From Candidatus Micrarchaeota archaeon (GTDB lineage: Archaea > Micrarchaeota > Micrarchaeia > Norongarragalinales > Norongarragalinaceae), in the NCBI GenBank assembly GCA_016212375.1, contig JACRGH010000052.1, forward strand, positions 1 to 59,325: a DNA stretch of 59,325 nucleotides, given 5' to 3'. A model generated the notes under the pieces. That model was given only the letters and a program-made list of their open reading frames with translations. It was not told the origin of the DNA and did not search any database. Below are positions 1 through 10,585 of this stretch, piece by piece (within the stretch, counting starts at the first letter, position 1; each line of letters begins with the position of its first letter). The position numbers and the translations under genes are program-made.

Positions 1-142
1 CTCGCGTACGTATTTTTCGTCTGTCATGGCGGGTGGGCCTTTTTTTGCGCGGGGCGTCCTGGTCGGGACGCCCAAGCAAAAGAGGTACGAAAAAGTAGAA
101 CTTACGCCTTTCGGTCGACCTACAAAACTAAACCCTTACGAA
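1..142 (-). mobile_element. End of a repeated element (probable IS end), inverted copy of 59183..59324; includes start of an ORF (MTDEKYVRE) running off the contig
   Basis: 141/142 identical to the reverse complement of the right contig end. Internal hairpin GGGCGTCC-N6-GGACGCCC. ATG at 27 (minus). Supplies the stop codon of the adjacent gene. Confidence 0.7.
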
Positions 143-2105
143 CGACTTTAATGCCACGATTAGACGTGTTAGAAATGACGTTGTTCGTGACCCAGCTGGT
201 ATTCGAGGATGACTCGAGGCTGATGCCGTCACCGGAAACATTTGAAACCGTATTGGAAGACAAAGTGGTGTTGGATGATGCCATGATCTGGAAGCCGCCC
301 GCATAAATGAACGAAAGAGTGTTACCGGAAAACGTATTGTTGTGCGATGAGCTACCCACGACGGTACAGGCCGAAGTGGAATTGGCGAACGTATTGGATT
401 GGATGGTATTGAACTTAGAGGCTGACGAAAGAATCAAACAATTGGACGTCACGTTGATGACGCGGTTGTAGGAGACGTTGGTGTAATTTGAATTGGTGAG
501 GTAGATGCCTTCGGAAAAACCGTTGGTGAAGTTATTCAGATACGCCGTGTTGTTCAGGGACGAGTCGAGGCGGAAACCGGACGAGGAGGAAAAATTGGTG
601 ACCACGTTGTTGGAAAACGTGTTGAAATTGGATGAAGACAATAGGAGGATGGACGAACCGGTGACGTTGTTCACCCGGTTGTCGTGGACGTTGGAGTACG
701 AGGCGCCGGTCAGGGATATACCAGAGGAGCCGCCGTAGATGAACGACACGTTGTTGTAGGCGACGGTATTGTTGTTGACAGTGGATGTCGTCAGGACGAT
801 GCCGCTTGCGGAGGAATTGGTTATCGTGTTGTTCAATACATAATTGTAGGAAGACTGTTGCACCAAAAGCGATGTCGACGTAGTATTGGTGATGGTATTG
901 TTCAGCACCGTGGTGTTCGACGTGCCGGTATTGGACAGGCTGATGCCATTGTTGACTGCGAATGTAACCGTGTTGTTGCGGATGGTATTGTTTACGCCTT
1001 CAATAACATCCACGCCGCCCGCGTCGTGGTCCAAGGTATTGGAACCGATGAACGTGAAATTCTCGCTGGAATCCAGGCGGATGGCGGTGCCCGTTGTGTT
1101 GGTGATGGTGTTGTTGCTGGCGTTGTTGTACGAGCCGGCCTGGAATTGGATTCCGTTGGACGTCGTATTATGGATCACGTTGCCCGTAACGTAGGCATAG
1201 TGGGCGCCGGGGAGGCCGATGCCAGTGGAAGAAAAGTTGATGGTGTTGTTGAACAAATACGAATTGTTATTCTGGGTATCGACGCGGATGCCGGCGGAGT
1301 TGTTCGACAACATATTGGCCGTCGCATTGTTCCGTAAGCCGCCTTGGAACACGATGCCATTGGCGGAATTATTGTAGATACGGTTTCGGTCCACCACGAT
1401 GTCCGACGTGGTGCCGACGAATATGCCGTCCTGGGTGTGGTTGAAAATTGTGTTGTTGAACAGGTAGGTGTTGGTTTCGCCTTGGTCCACCACGATGCCC
1501 CAGTTGGTGCCGTTCCAGATGGTGTTGTTGGTGATGTTGTTGTTCTGGCCGGTTGAAATCCACAATTGGTAATCACGGGTGCCGTAAAGAAGGTTGTCGT
1601 GGATTTGACTATTGTTCAGCGGAGTCGCATAGACCCCGGATTGCACGTTGTTCGCAAACGTGTTATTGTAGATGTTCGTCGAATTGACAGGCGCGGTGTC
1701 CGTCCGGATGCCGTCGTAACTGTTGTTGATGAAGGAGTTGTTGTAAATCGCTACGTTGCTGGCGGTGCTGATGCGGATGCCGGCGGAATAATTGGAAACG
1801 GTGCAGTTGGCGACGGTGACGTTGTTGACCCCGTGGATGTAAACCCCCACATCGGTCAGTTCATTGTCGCCCGCATCACTGCCGTTGCCGGAAATGCGGA
1901 AACCTTGGCAATTGAGGACCACGTCGGAAGATGTGACGTTCAAACAGATGGCATTGGCTGCGAAAAGGTTGGCCGTGATGTTGAAAACGCCCGATGCCGC
2001 GATGTTGCCACAAACGGAAACGGCCGTGTCGGCCTGGACCAATGGAAACAACAAAAGGGCCAACAAAGCAAACAAAAACAGCGTTAAGGACTTGAAACGG
2101 GACAT
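120..2105 (-). pseudogene. Secreted right-handed beta-helix (NosD/PbH1 repeat) surface protein, 3'-truncated by the repeat element
   Basis: N-terminal signal peptide; many N-N-T-I-x-N-N / G-I-x-L repeats. The repeats stop abruptly and the last residues (RKGLVL*) come from the element. Confidence 0.8.
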
Positions 2106-2254
2106 AACGAACCAAAACGGTTACGGATGACGGATATATTAATCGGTTTGAAAAAAAGTTTCAAAACGGTGCGAAAAGACCCAAACGCGACGGTTCTTCA
2201 CCCAAACCGCTCCAAGTTCCAATCCATATTGAACGACAAGCCGTCGTTACACGT

Positions 2255-2944
2255 TCATGAAAGCGTTTCCAACTTCTTTTTGATGTCGGACAGACCCAAC
2301 TTGGTCACAGCCAACGGGATGCCTTCGCTTTCCGCGATTTTGACCGCCAATTTATCCACCTTGTCGCCTGGAAGGTCATGCAAAACGACCATGGCCGGCT
2401 TAATTGGCGCCAATCGGACGGCGACCATTGGGCTACGCCCGGTAGAGGTGCCGGTGAACAACAAGGCGCGCTGGCTCGTGGTGCTGTAAATCCGGACGAA
2501 ACTTTCGTACGGCAATTCCAGGATGATTTTAATGGAATCCAAGATGGTCACGCCGTACAGGGGCAATTCATCGACTTTGCGGCTGCAGGCCACGCATTCA
2601 CCCTGGATGGCTTCCAGAAGCTTGCCCCCGGTAATGGATTTTGAAAAGTCAACCGCGTCAAAGAATTTTTGCTCCGGTTCCGCTTCCATAAACCGTTTGA
2701 TGAGCTCGCCGCCGGCTTTCAGGTCTATTTGGAAAAGGGCATCCACGAACCGTCGGATTACACCGATGCCGGGGCTTTTGCGCCGGTTGGACTCGTAATC
2801 GCTGATGGTTGAGGGGGAAATGCCCAAATAGTGGCTCAAATCGCTTTGGGAGATACTGAACACTTCACGCCATTTTTTCATGGCATTGCCCGGATCTGAG
2901 CTTAGGGCAATTTCACCGGCAATTTTGACTTTTAGTTGGTCCAT
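2255..2944 (-). CDS. Archaeal XRE-HTH transcriptional regulator with DRTGG-like C-terminal domain
   Basis: ISQSDLSHYLGISPSTISDYESNRRKSPG HTH; RALLFTGTSTGRSPMVAVR. Start moved to ATG 2944. Confidence 0.85.
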   Translation of the reverse strand: MDQLKVKIAGEIALSSDPGNAMKKWREVFSISQSDLSHYLGISPSTISDYESNRRKSPGIGVIRRFVDALFQIDLKAGGELIKRFMEAEPEQKFFDAVDFSKSITGGKLLEAIQGECVACSRKVDELPLYGVTILDSIKIILELPYESFVRIYSTTSQRALLFTGTSTGRSPMVAVRLAPIKPAMVVLHDLPGDKVDKLAVKIAESEGIPLAVTKLGLSDIKKKLETLS

Positions 2945-3296
2945 GGAAATAGGATATCCACCAAAGCAAATGGGGCGTTCATACGAATAAAAAGCTTTGC
3001 TTCTTGACGAAGGGTAGTTCGGCAGATGGCTATCAAATCCAGTTGCCACGATGCGGCTGACGCCAAAGCACGCCAACAACGATTAGCCAAAAATCCCAAG
3101 GGACCAATAGTCAATGCCTACGTACAAAATAAGGGCCCATTTCCAAAGTTTTCGAAGCGGAGGCGTGCCCGCCCAGCCCAGTATTATATTTAGAGGAGAG
3201 AGGCGGACAAGCGGGAAAACAATCCTGGGTCACAGGATAAAGAAACGCACAAACAAATATAATTATATATACATAGATTAATAGAAATAATAGAAA

Positions 3297-3512
3297 ATGA
3301 CGCTTTTTTTCCATTTGAAAACCGACACGGAACAAAAATTCCGAGAAGCGGCGATGAAAAAACACGGCTATTCCAAAGGCTCCCTTAAAACGGCATTGGA
3401 AGAGGCCATCGGCGATTGGCTCGAGAAACAAAACGGCCAGCCGACAGATTCAACAAATGAAAAAGAACGTCAAACAAAAGAAACAACACAAACACAGAAA
3501 AAAACAACGTAA
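3297..3512 (+). CDS. Small ribbon-helix-helix-like DNA-binding protein
   Basis: EQKFREAAMKKHGYSKGSLKTALEEAIGDWL pattern; AT-rich promoter-like region upstream. Confidence 0.6.
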   Translation: MTLFFHLKTDTEQKFREAAMKKHGYSKGSLKTALEEAIGDWLEKQNGQPTDSTNEKERQTKETTQTQKKTT

Positions 3513-3550
3513 CAAAATTGCGTCGTAAGAAAATTAGGTGAAAACCAAAA

Positions 3551-5104
3551 ATGAAAACAATAGTCCCCGATACCGGCGTCCTCATCGACGGCCGCATCAC
3601 CCAACGCTTAGAACAACTCAAGGAACCCCTCAAAGTCCTGGTGCCTGAAAGCGTCGTCGCGGAACTGGAATACCAGGCCAACAGCGGAAAGGAAATCGGC
3701 TTTGCCGGACTTGCCGAGCTTAAGATTCTCTCGGAATTTGCCAAAGAGGGCAAGATTGAGATTGAATTCGTCGGCGAGCGCCCCACGGCTTCGGAAATCG
3801 AGCGCGCCCGTTTCGGAGAAATCGATTCAAAAATCCGCCAAGTGGCCAAAACCCGGAAAGCAATGCTTTGGACCACGGACAAAGTGCAAAGCAAGGTCGC
3901 GGAAGCCGAAGGCATACCCGTCGAATACTTGGAACCCATCATTACACAGGCCAAACTTTCCTTGGAAAAATACTTCACGCCTGAAACCCTTTCCGTCCAT
4001 CTGAAGGAAGGGGTCAAACCCAAAGCCAAAAAGGGCAAGCCCGGCAACTTCCAACTGGTACCCATCGGCCAAGAACTCATCAACCGAAAAGAAATCGAAG
4101 TTTTGATGAAAGATGCGGTGGAATTTTCCAAGCAGCATGAAAAATGCTTCATTGAAATCGACAAGCGCGGTGCCACCGTGATGCAGGTCAAGGACTTGCG
4201 CATCACGTTCACCCGCCCACCCGTTTCCGAGGCATTTGAAGTCACTGCGGTCCGCCCTATCGCCAAACTGTTTTTGAAAGATTACGTTTTGGGGGATAAA
4301 CTCCGAGAGCGCCTCAACGCCCAGGCCGAAGGCATCATCATCGCAGGACCCCCCGGTTCCGGAAAATCCACCTTTGCCACGGCTTTGGCCGAACATTACA
4401 ACTCGCAGGCCAAAATCGTCAAAACGCTGGAGTCGCCCCGCGATTTGCAAGTGAGCGCGGAAATCACGCAGTACGCGCCCATGGACGGAAAAGCCGAAAA
4501 TACGGCGGATATCCTTCTGCTGGTACGACCCGATTATACCATTTACGATGAAGTGCGCAAAACCGATGACTTCCTCGTATTTGCCGACCTGCGTATGGCG
4601 GGCATCGGCATGGTCGGCGTGGTGCACGCTTCAAAGCCGATTGATGCCATCCAACGGTTCATCGGCAAAATTGAATTGGGCATGATTCCACAAGTGATTG
4701 ACACCATCTGTTTCATCGAAAAAGGGACGGTCGCCAAGACTTTTGCCTTGACCTTCACCGTCCGGCCGCCGCACGGCATGCCCGATGCGGACCTCGCGCG
4801 GCCCGTCATCGAAGTCCGTGACCTAGAGTCCAACGTCCTGGAATACGAAATTTACAAGTTCGGCGACGAAACGGTCGTATTCCCGCTCAAGAACGCCAAA
4901 CCGGAAAAGAAGGTGGATGAGCGCCAGGTGCAAAAGGTGCTGGACCGCTTCATCACGGGCGATTACGAATACGAGCTTACGGGAAGAACCGTGCATCTGA
5001 TCGTGCCGGAACACGCCATCGCCAGCGTCATCGGCAAAAAAGGCGCCAACATCATGAAATTGGAAAAGATGCTGGGATTGAAAGTGGACGTCAAGGCGGA
5101 ATAA
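3551..5104 (+). CDS. pinA: PINA: PIN domain + PilT/VirB11-type ATPase + KH domain
   Basis: PIN DTGVLIDG; Walker A GPPGSGKS; LLVRPDYTIYDEVR; KH VIGKKG; SD AGGTGA. Confidence 0.92.
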   Translation: MKTIVPDTGVLIDGRITQRLEQLKEPLKVLVPESVVAELEYQANSGKEIGFAGLAELKILSEFAKEGKIEIEFVGERPTASEIERARFGEIDSKIRQVAKTRKAMLWTTDKVQSKVAEAEGIPVEYLEPIITQAKLSLEKYFTPETLSVHLKEGVKPKAKKGKPGNFQLVPIGQELINRKEIEVLMKDAVEFSKQHEKCFIEIDKRGATVMQVKDLRITFTRPPVSEAFEVTAVRPIAKLFLKDYVLGDKLRERLNAQAEGIIIAGPPGSGKSTFATALAEHYNSQAKIVKTLESPRDLQVSAEITQYAPMDGKAENTADILLLVRPDYTIYDEVRKTDDFLVFADLRMAGIGMVGVVHASKPIDAIQRFIGKIELGMIPQVIDTICFIEKGTVAKTFALTFTVRPPHGMPDADLARPVIEVRDLESNVLEYEIYKFGDETVVFPLKNAKPEKKVDERQVQKVLDRFITGDYEYELTGRTVHLIVPEHAIASVIGKKGANIMKLEKMLGLKVDVKAE

Positions 5105-5111
5105 ACGCCAA

Positions 5112-5564
5112 TTACATCCACGGGCCATCCGGACGTTTTTTGGATCTATTTTTTTCATCGGCGTCCATTTCACGCTCACGTTCCTGCCGCATTTTTTCAC
5201 GTAGACGTTGTTCATTCCGGTGCGACTGGTCAATCAACTTTACGGCATGGTCGGGTGTGAACATATTCGAATCCAGCCAACGGGGAGGAATCGCAGCCAA
5301 TAACACCAGATGTTTTTTCCCTTGGCGGATTTCGGATAGCCTCATGTGCCATTCGGGTTCCAGCGAAACGACCACATGACTTTCGCACAATTTGGTGTAA
5401 AGCGCCTCGTCCGATGGCGGGCGTTTTTCGGTATAGCGGACTTGCTCAAAAATAGGTCCTTTGGCATTTTTGGCGGATATCGATGCCATGGACTCAAAGA
5501 AAGCGTCCGAACCAGGATTCTGCGCGCTGGAAAGAACGATGACGCGCGGCCGCTCAAATGCCAT
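5112..5564 (-). CDS. Hypothetical protein
   Basis: ORF fills the gap between convergent/divergent neighbours; no recognised motif. Confidence 0.5.
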   Translation of the reverse strand: MAFERPRVIVLSSAQNPGSDAFFESMASISAKNAKGPIFEQVRYTEKRPPSDEALYTKLCESHVVVSLEPEWHMRLSEIRQGKKHLVLLAAIPPRWLDSNMFTPDHAVKLIDQSHRNEQRLREKMRQEREREMDADEKNRSKKRPDGPWM

Positions 5565-5620
5565 ACCCACGCTGAAAACATGAAAGTAGATAAACCGTGC
5601 GGCCGTTTCAAAGATGGACC

Positions 5621-5830
5621 ATGAAACCACACGACGACTCCGCCATGCGCCACCATGAGATTTACATGGGCCAAAAGGAAGGCTGGACCGAAGTTGGCAA
5701 AGAATTGGGCCTGAGCGCCAAAGAGCTTTGGACCGCCGTTCGAACCGGAAAAATCAAATCGGTCGAGACGCACGAACGGGTCTACATCATCCCGCCGGAC
5801 GAGGAGTTGAGGCTGACGGGGAATTTATGA
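5621..5830 (+). CDS. Small excisionase-like HTH protein
   Basis: EVGKELGLSAKELWTAVRTGKIKS...VYIIP. Confidence 0.55.
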   Translation: MKPHDDSAMRHHEIYMGQKEGWTEVGKELGLSAKELWTAVRTGKIKSVETHERVYIIPPDEELRLTGNL

Positions 5831-5850
5831 GTCTTGAATGAGCCGCACGA

Positions 5851-6597
5851 TTATCGAAGGAGAATCACTCCCCCGGCACTAGACCTGCGGCCGTGATGAA
5901 ATGCCAAAAGTTTCTCGAAATGATTCCCTGCCAATGGAATTTCCTCCAAAACGACCCCTGGAGATAATCGTGATTCCAACTCTCGAATAAAAGCAGAATT
6001 CAAGTCCGCGCGCTGATTGGTCAAAATCAGACCCGCGGGTTTTAAAGACTCTGCAAGACTGGCAGCCATGCGCCGTTGTCCATGTGCGTCATAATGTTGC
6101 GCCACGTTGATGCAAGTGATTAAATCGGGTGACTCAGAGGGAATCGAATGAAGAATATCCCCCGAAACCCCTGGTCCGTGCCATTGGAACCTGCGAACCA
6201 CATCGACAGGAACGCGAAACCGGAAAGGAACACCCGCCAACGGCTTTACCCCCGTCAGGCCATAAATGTACTCCCGTTGTTCATTCAAGTCACGACGGTT
6301 GAATGCCTCGGAATTAGAATCACGCGCGGTGAAGACTGCTGGGACCCCTTCAGGATGTTCCAACACGTGCTTTGCAGAATCGAGAAGAGGTTTGCTAGGT
6401 TCAACCGCATGAACACGATACCGGCGAACGCCGTGTCTTTTTAGAGAAAGAGCAATCTCAAGATGTTCGGTCCCAGGCGATTGCTTTCCACCCAACCCCA
6501 CTACCCACGCTATAATTGGTCCCGCGTGACCCGAAAAATAATGAGACGCATACGTAATGGCTTTATGATTTCGTCCCATCCAGGTCGTGTGTTGCAA
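5851..6597 (-). CDS. Putative SAM-dependent methyltransferase, CheR-like C-terminal motifs
   Basis: GDIL...DLITCINV...LAESLKPAGLIL; start uncertain. Confidence 0.5.
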   Translation of the reverse strand: MQHTTWMGRNHKAITYASHYFSGHAGPIIAWVVGLGGKQSPGTEHLEIALSLKRHGVRRYRVHAVEPSKPLLDSAKHVLEHPEGVPAVFTARDSNSEAFNRRDLNEQREYIYGLTGVKPLAGVPFRFRVPVDVVRRFQWHGPGVSGDILHSIPSESPDLITCINVAQHYDAHGQRRMAASLAESLKPAGLILTNQRADLNSAFIRELESRLSPGVVLEEIPLAGNHFEKLLAFHHGRRSSAGGVILLR

Positions 6598-6615
6598 GGA
6601 ATCCAGCCACCAAAA

Positions 6616-7242
6616 TTACTCAAACAAAACCGCCCGTGCCGGCGCCGCTTCCCGCCCTTCCAGCTTCAGCGGCAAGCAGACCAAAAAGTACCGCCCCGCC
6701 TTGACCTCGCCTAAGCGAAGGCCCTCGATGATGGCCAACCCCTTGTCCAAAATGGCGTGGTGGACGGGGTGGTTGCCGGAACGGAATTTGTCCACGGATA
6801 AGCCATCGACCCCGACGGTCTTGACGCCCGTTTTGGCCAAATATTCCGCGGCTTCGACGCTTAAGGGAACAAAATCTTCGCGCCAGGCGTTTTCCGAGGA
6901 GTTACACGTCTTGAACAAAACGATGTCGCCTTTTTTGGGCCCCGCCTTCTTGAGGGTTTCCAACGTCACGGCCGGCAGGTCCGACGTGGCATCGACGACC
7001 AACGCCTCGCCCACGAATGCCGAAAGCGGCACGTCATCCAGACTTGCCGCACCCAACTTGAAATGCATCGGCGCGTCCACGTGCGTGCCGGTGTGCGCGC
7101 CAAAGGAAATGCGCGTCACGAACGATTTGTCGGCGGGCAAACTTTTGGCCCATTCCAGTTGGGGCACCGGATCGCCCTTGTAAACGGGCATCGACTCGGT
7201 AATCGGCATGGAAATGTCGAACATTTTGGAATATTGGAACAT
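6616..7242 (-). CDS. Cyclase family (KynB-like) metal hydrolase
   Basis: HTGTHVDAPMH; GVDGLS; HHAIL; LPLKLEGREAAPARAV. Confidence 0.9.
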   Translation of the reverse strand: MFQYSKMFDISMPITESMPVYKGDPVPQLEWAKSLPADKSFVTRISFGAHTGTHVDAPMHFKLGAASLDDVPLSAFVGEALVVDATSDLPAVTLETLKKAGPKKGDIVLFKTCNSSENAWREDFVPLSVEAAEYLAKTGVKTVGVDGLSVDKFRSGNHPVHHAILDKGLAIIEGLRLGEVKAGRYFLVCLPLKLEGREAAPARAVLFE

Positions 7243-7305
7243 GACATGCAACCTCGAAATATTCATGACGGTTTCAATTCGTTTCGCGCGTTGAACAGTT
7301 CATTT

Positions 7306-8094
7306 TCATTCTTTTAACTCAATATCATTCGGATTGGCCAAGAAGCCGAAATCATCCGGATTTTCCGCGAACAGTTCGTAATTGTACCCGCCGTCCAAAA
7401 AGTCCGCCAATTCGGGATTGACCATCCGGTTGAACTCGTGCGCCAAAAACGTTTCCAATTTGGGAAGGGCGCTTGAATCGCCATAAGCCGGATTAGGCGT
7501 GTCCCCGTCTTCCGTCACGTAATACGCGCCGCCTTTTTGTTTGATGTACGGCTCGTACACGCTTTTGAAATTCCGCTCCACGAGGTTGTCCATCACCAGC
7601 ACGTCCGCGCCCATATTGAGGGTGACGTGACCAAAGTTGGGGGGAATCAGCACTTTTTCCCCTTCCGGGCACTCAACCATTATCACACGTTGGACGCCCT
7701 TGAAATCCGGACCCGGTTGTTGGAGCAAATAGTGGGCCGTACCCGACAAGACCTCATACAGTTCAGGAAATGAAAACCCAGGCCGCGCAGTTGAAGGCGG
7801 GTGGTAATGGCCTAAGGTCTTGTTGAACTCGGTCCCCAGCATGATGGACGGCACGACGGTGATATCATAACGCAAGTTGCGGTCGGAATAGGTTTTCAGG
7901 TCCGCCGAGTTGCACGATTCCCTATACATATAATAGAGGGGCGCCGAGTCGGCCAAGGCCACGGCAGCTGAATCCATAAGCACGGGGCGCATCTGCTGAA
8001 GGGTGCGGATGTCGGGGGCTAATTTTTGGCCTTCAACCAGTAAGTCAAACGAATCGGACAGTTCGACGTTTAAACCGGGATTATGGATGTCCAT
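7306..8094 (-). CDS. Cupin-type glucose-6-phosphate isomerase family protein
   Basis: LRYDITV; KTLGHYH; PELYEVLSG; IPPNFGH. Confidence 0.85.
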   Translation of the reverse strand: MDIHNPGLNVELSDSFDLLVEGQKLAPDIRTLQQMRPVLMDSAAVALADSAPLYYMYRESCNSADLKTYSDRNLRYDITVVPSIMLGTEFNKTLGHYHPPSTARPGFSFPELYEVLSGTAHYLLQQPGPDFKGVQRVIMVECPEGEKVLIPPNFGHVTLNMGADVLVMDNLVERNFKSVYEPYIKQKGGAYYVTEDGDTPNPAYGDSSALPKLETFLAHEFNRMVNPELADFLDGGYNYELFAENPDDFGFLANPNDIELKE

Positions 8095-8148
8095 GTGGAT
8101 TCCTCTTGTGAATTCAAACTTTTAAGCCCGAATTCAGGCAAACTTTGA

Positions 8149-8220
8149 AGCCCCGGAGGAGGATCGAACTCCCGACTTCCTGTTTACAAAACAGGCGCTC
8201 TGCCGCTGAGCTACCGAGGC
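8149..8220 (-). tRNA. tRNA-Thr(TGT)
   Basis: Cloverleaf GCCTCGG...TAGCTCAG...CCTGT-TTTGTAA-ACAGG...GTTCGATCC...CCGGGGC. Confidence 0.95.
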
Positions 8221-8469
8221 GTCTTAAGCAAAGCGATCGTTGAAAGGAAACGACCGCTAGCTTCGTATTTGCCGCCACGCTTTTTCCATGGCGCCAGACT
8301 CCTTACAAATTGATTTCTTTCTCAAGGCCACATTCCCTGAAGCGCAAACCACTTGAAAAAGACGTAGAAAAGTAGTGTTCTTGAGGATATTTATACGGTT
8401 TAAACCATAGGAACTTACCAACCAAAATCATTTAAAAAAAACCAATTACAATTCAAGGTGACCAAACCC

Positions 8470-8775
8470 ATGGAAAATTTCGTCTACTCCTGCTCCGACG
8501 TCAAGGAACTCAAGAAAGTACTGGATGCCGACCCTCTGGACGCCCAGTCGTTCACGCGGCTCGGCTACATTTTGCGCGAAGGCAAACTCTACGGCCTGAC
8601 CGGCTATGTAGTCCACTTCAAGGTTGATGCCGCGTTGGCCAAAGGCTATCAGGACAAATTGGCCGCCGTGCCCGGATGCACCGCCCTTCCAGCCGCGGAC
8701 AAACAAAAAGTCGTGGACGCCATCGAGCAGGAAGAAAATTCGGCCACCGCCGGCTTTGGCAGTTTGTTCGGCTGA
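8470..8775 (+). CDS. Hypothetical protein
   Basis: SD AGGTGA; host-like codon usage; C-terminal AGFGSLFG. Confidence 0.75.
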   Translation: MENFVYSCSDVKELKKVLDADPLDAQSFTRLGYILREGKLYGLTGYVVHFKVDAALAKGYQDKLAAVPGCTALPAADKQKVVDAIEQEENSATAGFGSLFG

Positions 8776-8863
8776 ACCAAACCAAGTCAGCCGCAATCCG
8801 GTCGTTTTAGGCGACAAGGTACCTCGGTTTTTATAGCGTGACTGCGTCCCTCTACTGATTCAC

Positions 8864-9817
8864 ATGTTGCGCGCGCTTTGCAGCCATAATGGCAGTATCC
8901 GGCATATTTCGGGATTGGATGAATTGGAAGCCGAAATGAAGGACGCCAAAAAACAAATCTGGATGGACATCGACAAACCCACGCCGGATGAATTCGAATT
9001 TTTGGAAAAGAAACTCGGCTTGCACTCCTTGGTCCTGGAAGATATGGCGCACGAACGCCAGCGGCCCAAAGTCGAGCCGTACGACGACCACCTGTACGTC
9101 GTCGTCAAGGTATTCCAAAACGGGAACACCGGACAGACGGCCCAGCTGAACATGGTGCTGGGTGCCAACTATTTTTTGACGTCGCGGTACAAACCCATGC
9201 CGTTTTTGGAAGAGGTCTGGGAGCGGGCCGGAAAAAACAATGGGTTGCTCAGTCGCGGGGCCGATTTTGCATTGTACAGCCTGCTGGACGCGTTCGTCGA
9301 CAACCTGTTTCCCCTCATCAACCAAATTGACCTGGAACTTGACGACGTCAGCGAAAAAGTGTTCAAGGATTCCTCACCGGACGTGATGAGCCGCCTATTC
9401 AGCCTCAAACGCCGGTTATTCAACACGCGAAAAGCCATCGTACCGTTGCGCGACGTGTTGACCACCCTGTCACGCCATGACAGCACGCTGATAAGCAAGA
9501 AAAACGCCGTGTACTTCCGCGACGTGTACGACCACATGATCCGCATCATCGAATCGCTGGACAACGACCGTGAAGCCACGTCGTCTGCAATGGAAGGCTA
9601 CCTTACCGGCGTGTCGAACAACCTTAACATCATCATGAAAAAACTCACGGCGATTACCGCCATCATCATGGTCCCATCCCTGATTGCCGGCATCTACGGC
9701 ATGAATTTCGCGAACATTTCCGATTACGCCCTCGGGGGCGCACAAGTGGCGTTCGCCATCATGGCGCTGTCCGTCATGGGCCTGGGAATTTATTTCAAGG
9801 GGCGCGGCTGGCTCTGA
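8864..9817 (+). CDS. corA: CorA Mg2+/Co2+ transporter
   Basis: QRPKVE; YFRDVYDH; GIYGMNF signature; two C-terminal TM helices. Confidence 0.95.
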   Translation: MLRALCSHNGSIRHISGLDELEAEMKDAKKQIWMDIDKPTPDEFEFLEKKLGLHSLVLEDMAHERQRPKVEPYDDHLYVVVKVFQNGNTGQTAQLNMVLGANYFLTSRYKPMPFLEEVWERAGKNNGLLSRGADFALYSLLDAFVDNLFPLINQIDLELDDVSEKVFKDSSPDVMSRLFSLKRRLFNTRKAIVPLRDVLTTLSRHDSTLISKKNAVYFRDVYDHMIRIIESLDNDREATSSAMEGYLTGVSNNLNIIMKKLTAITAIIMVPSLIAGIYGMNFANISDYALGGAQVAFAIMALSVMGLGIYFKGRGWL

Positions 9818-10044
9818 GACGAGCAAGACGATGATATACCGTTCAAACCGTTTCTCATTTCCGGAAAAAACGACCTGTTTTTTAACGCGAAAACCCACCG
9901 TTTGCCTTGAATGATGAGGCATATGAGTAATGAGCAATGCAGCGCATTGCGATGATATAGAGTTAGAGTGCTGAAAACCGATTCCACGCCACGTCGATAT
10001 GCCTGCGTGGAATCAAAAACAATAAAAAAATCATTGCAAACAGT

Positions 10045-10578
10045 ATGAAAAAGTTGACGTTATCATATGAATTGACTTGGAGGACCAAAGAAGACAATGA
10101 GTTCCTAAATAGCCAAGAATGGAAAAACATCCGCGTAAAGATACTGAAACGCGACGATTTTTCTTGCAATTATTGCGGTTTAAAAAGGGAAAAGGGGATG
10201 CACGTAAACCACATCGACGGCAACCCGAAAAACAATTCCAATGAAAACCTCGAAATAATTTGTCCGGAGTGCCACATGATTACCCATTCAGGCCTCTGGT
10301 GCGAAGTCCGAAAAGTCATCGATTGTTATGAAAAAAGCAATACTGACCAGAACAGGATTATCCGAGTCACGAGGGAACTAAGAGCGTCTGGAAAAACTGA
10401 CGCGGAAATCATCGCACACCTAGGGCTGAAGAACCAAGTTCCGTGGAAACAGGACCTAAAATATCTTTCAAAGTTGTTTGGTTTTGTCACAAAGCGAGCG
10501 CCGCAGACGGAAAATGAAAAACCAATTCTTACAAACGCGGAACAAAAACAGGCAGTGTTGACTAGGCAAAACTGGTGA
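10045..10578 (+). CDS. HNH endonuclease
   Basis: RDDFSCNYCG...HVNHIDGNPKNNSNENLEIICPECH. Confidence 0.85.
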   Translation: MKKLTLSYELTWRTKEDNEFLNSQEWKNIRVKILKRDDFSCNYCGLKREKGMHVNHIDGNPKNNSNENLEIICPECHMITHSGLWCEVRKVIDCYEKSNTDQNRIIRVTRELRASGKTDAEIIAHLGLKNQVPWKQDLKYLSKLFGFVTKRAPQTENEKPILTNAEQKQAVLTRQNW

Positions 10579-10585
10579 AAAAAAC

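Noticed and set aside
2945-3200. Riboswitch or ncRNA upstream of the XRE regulator
   Set aside because: No recognisable aptamer or convincing stems by eye.
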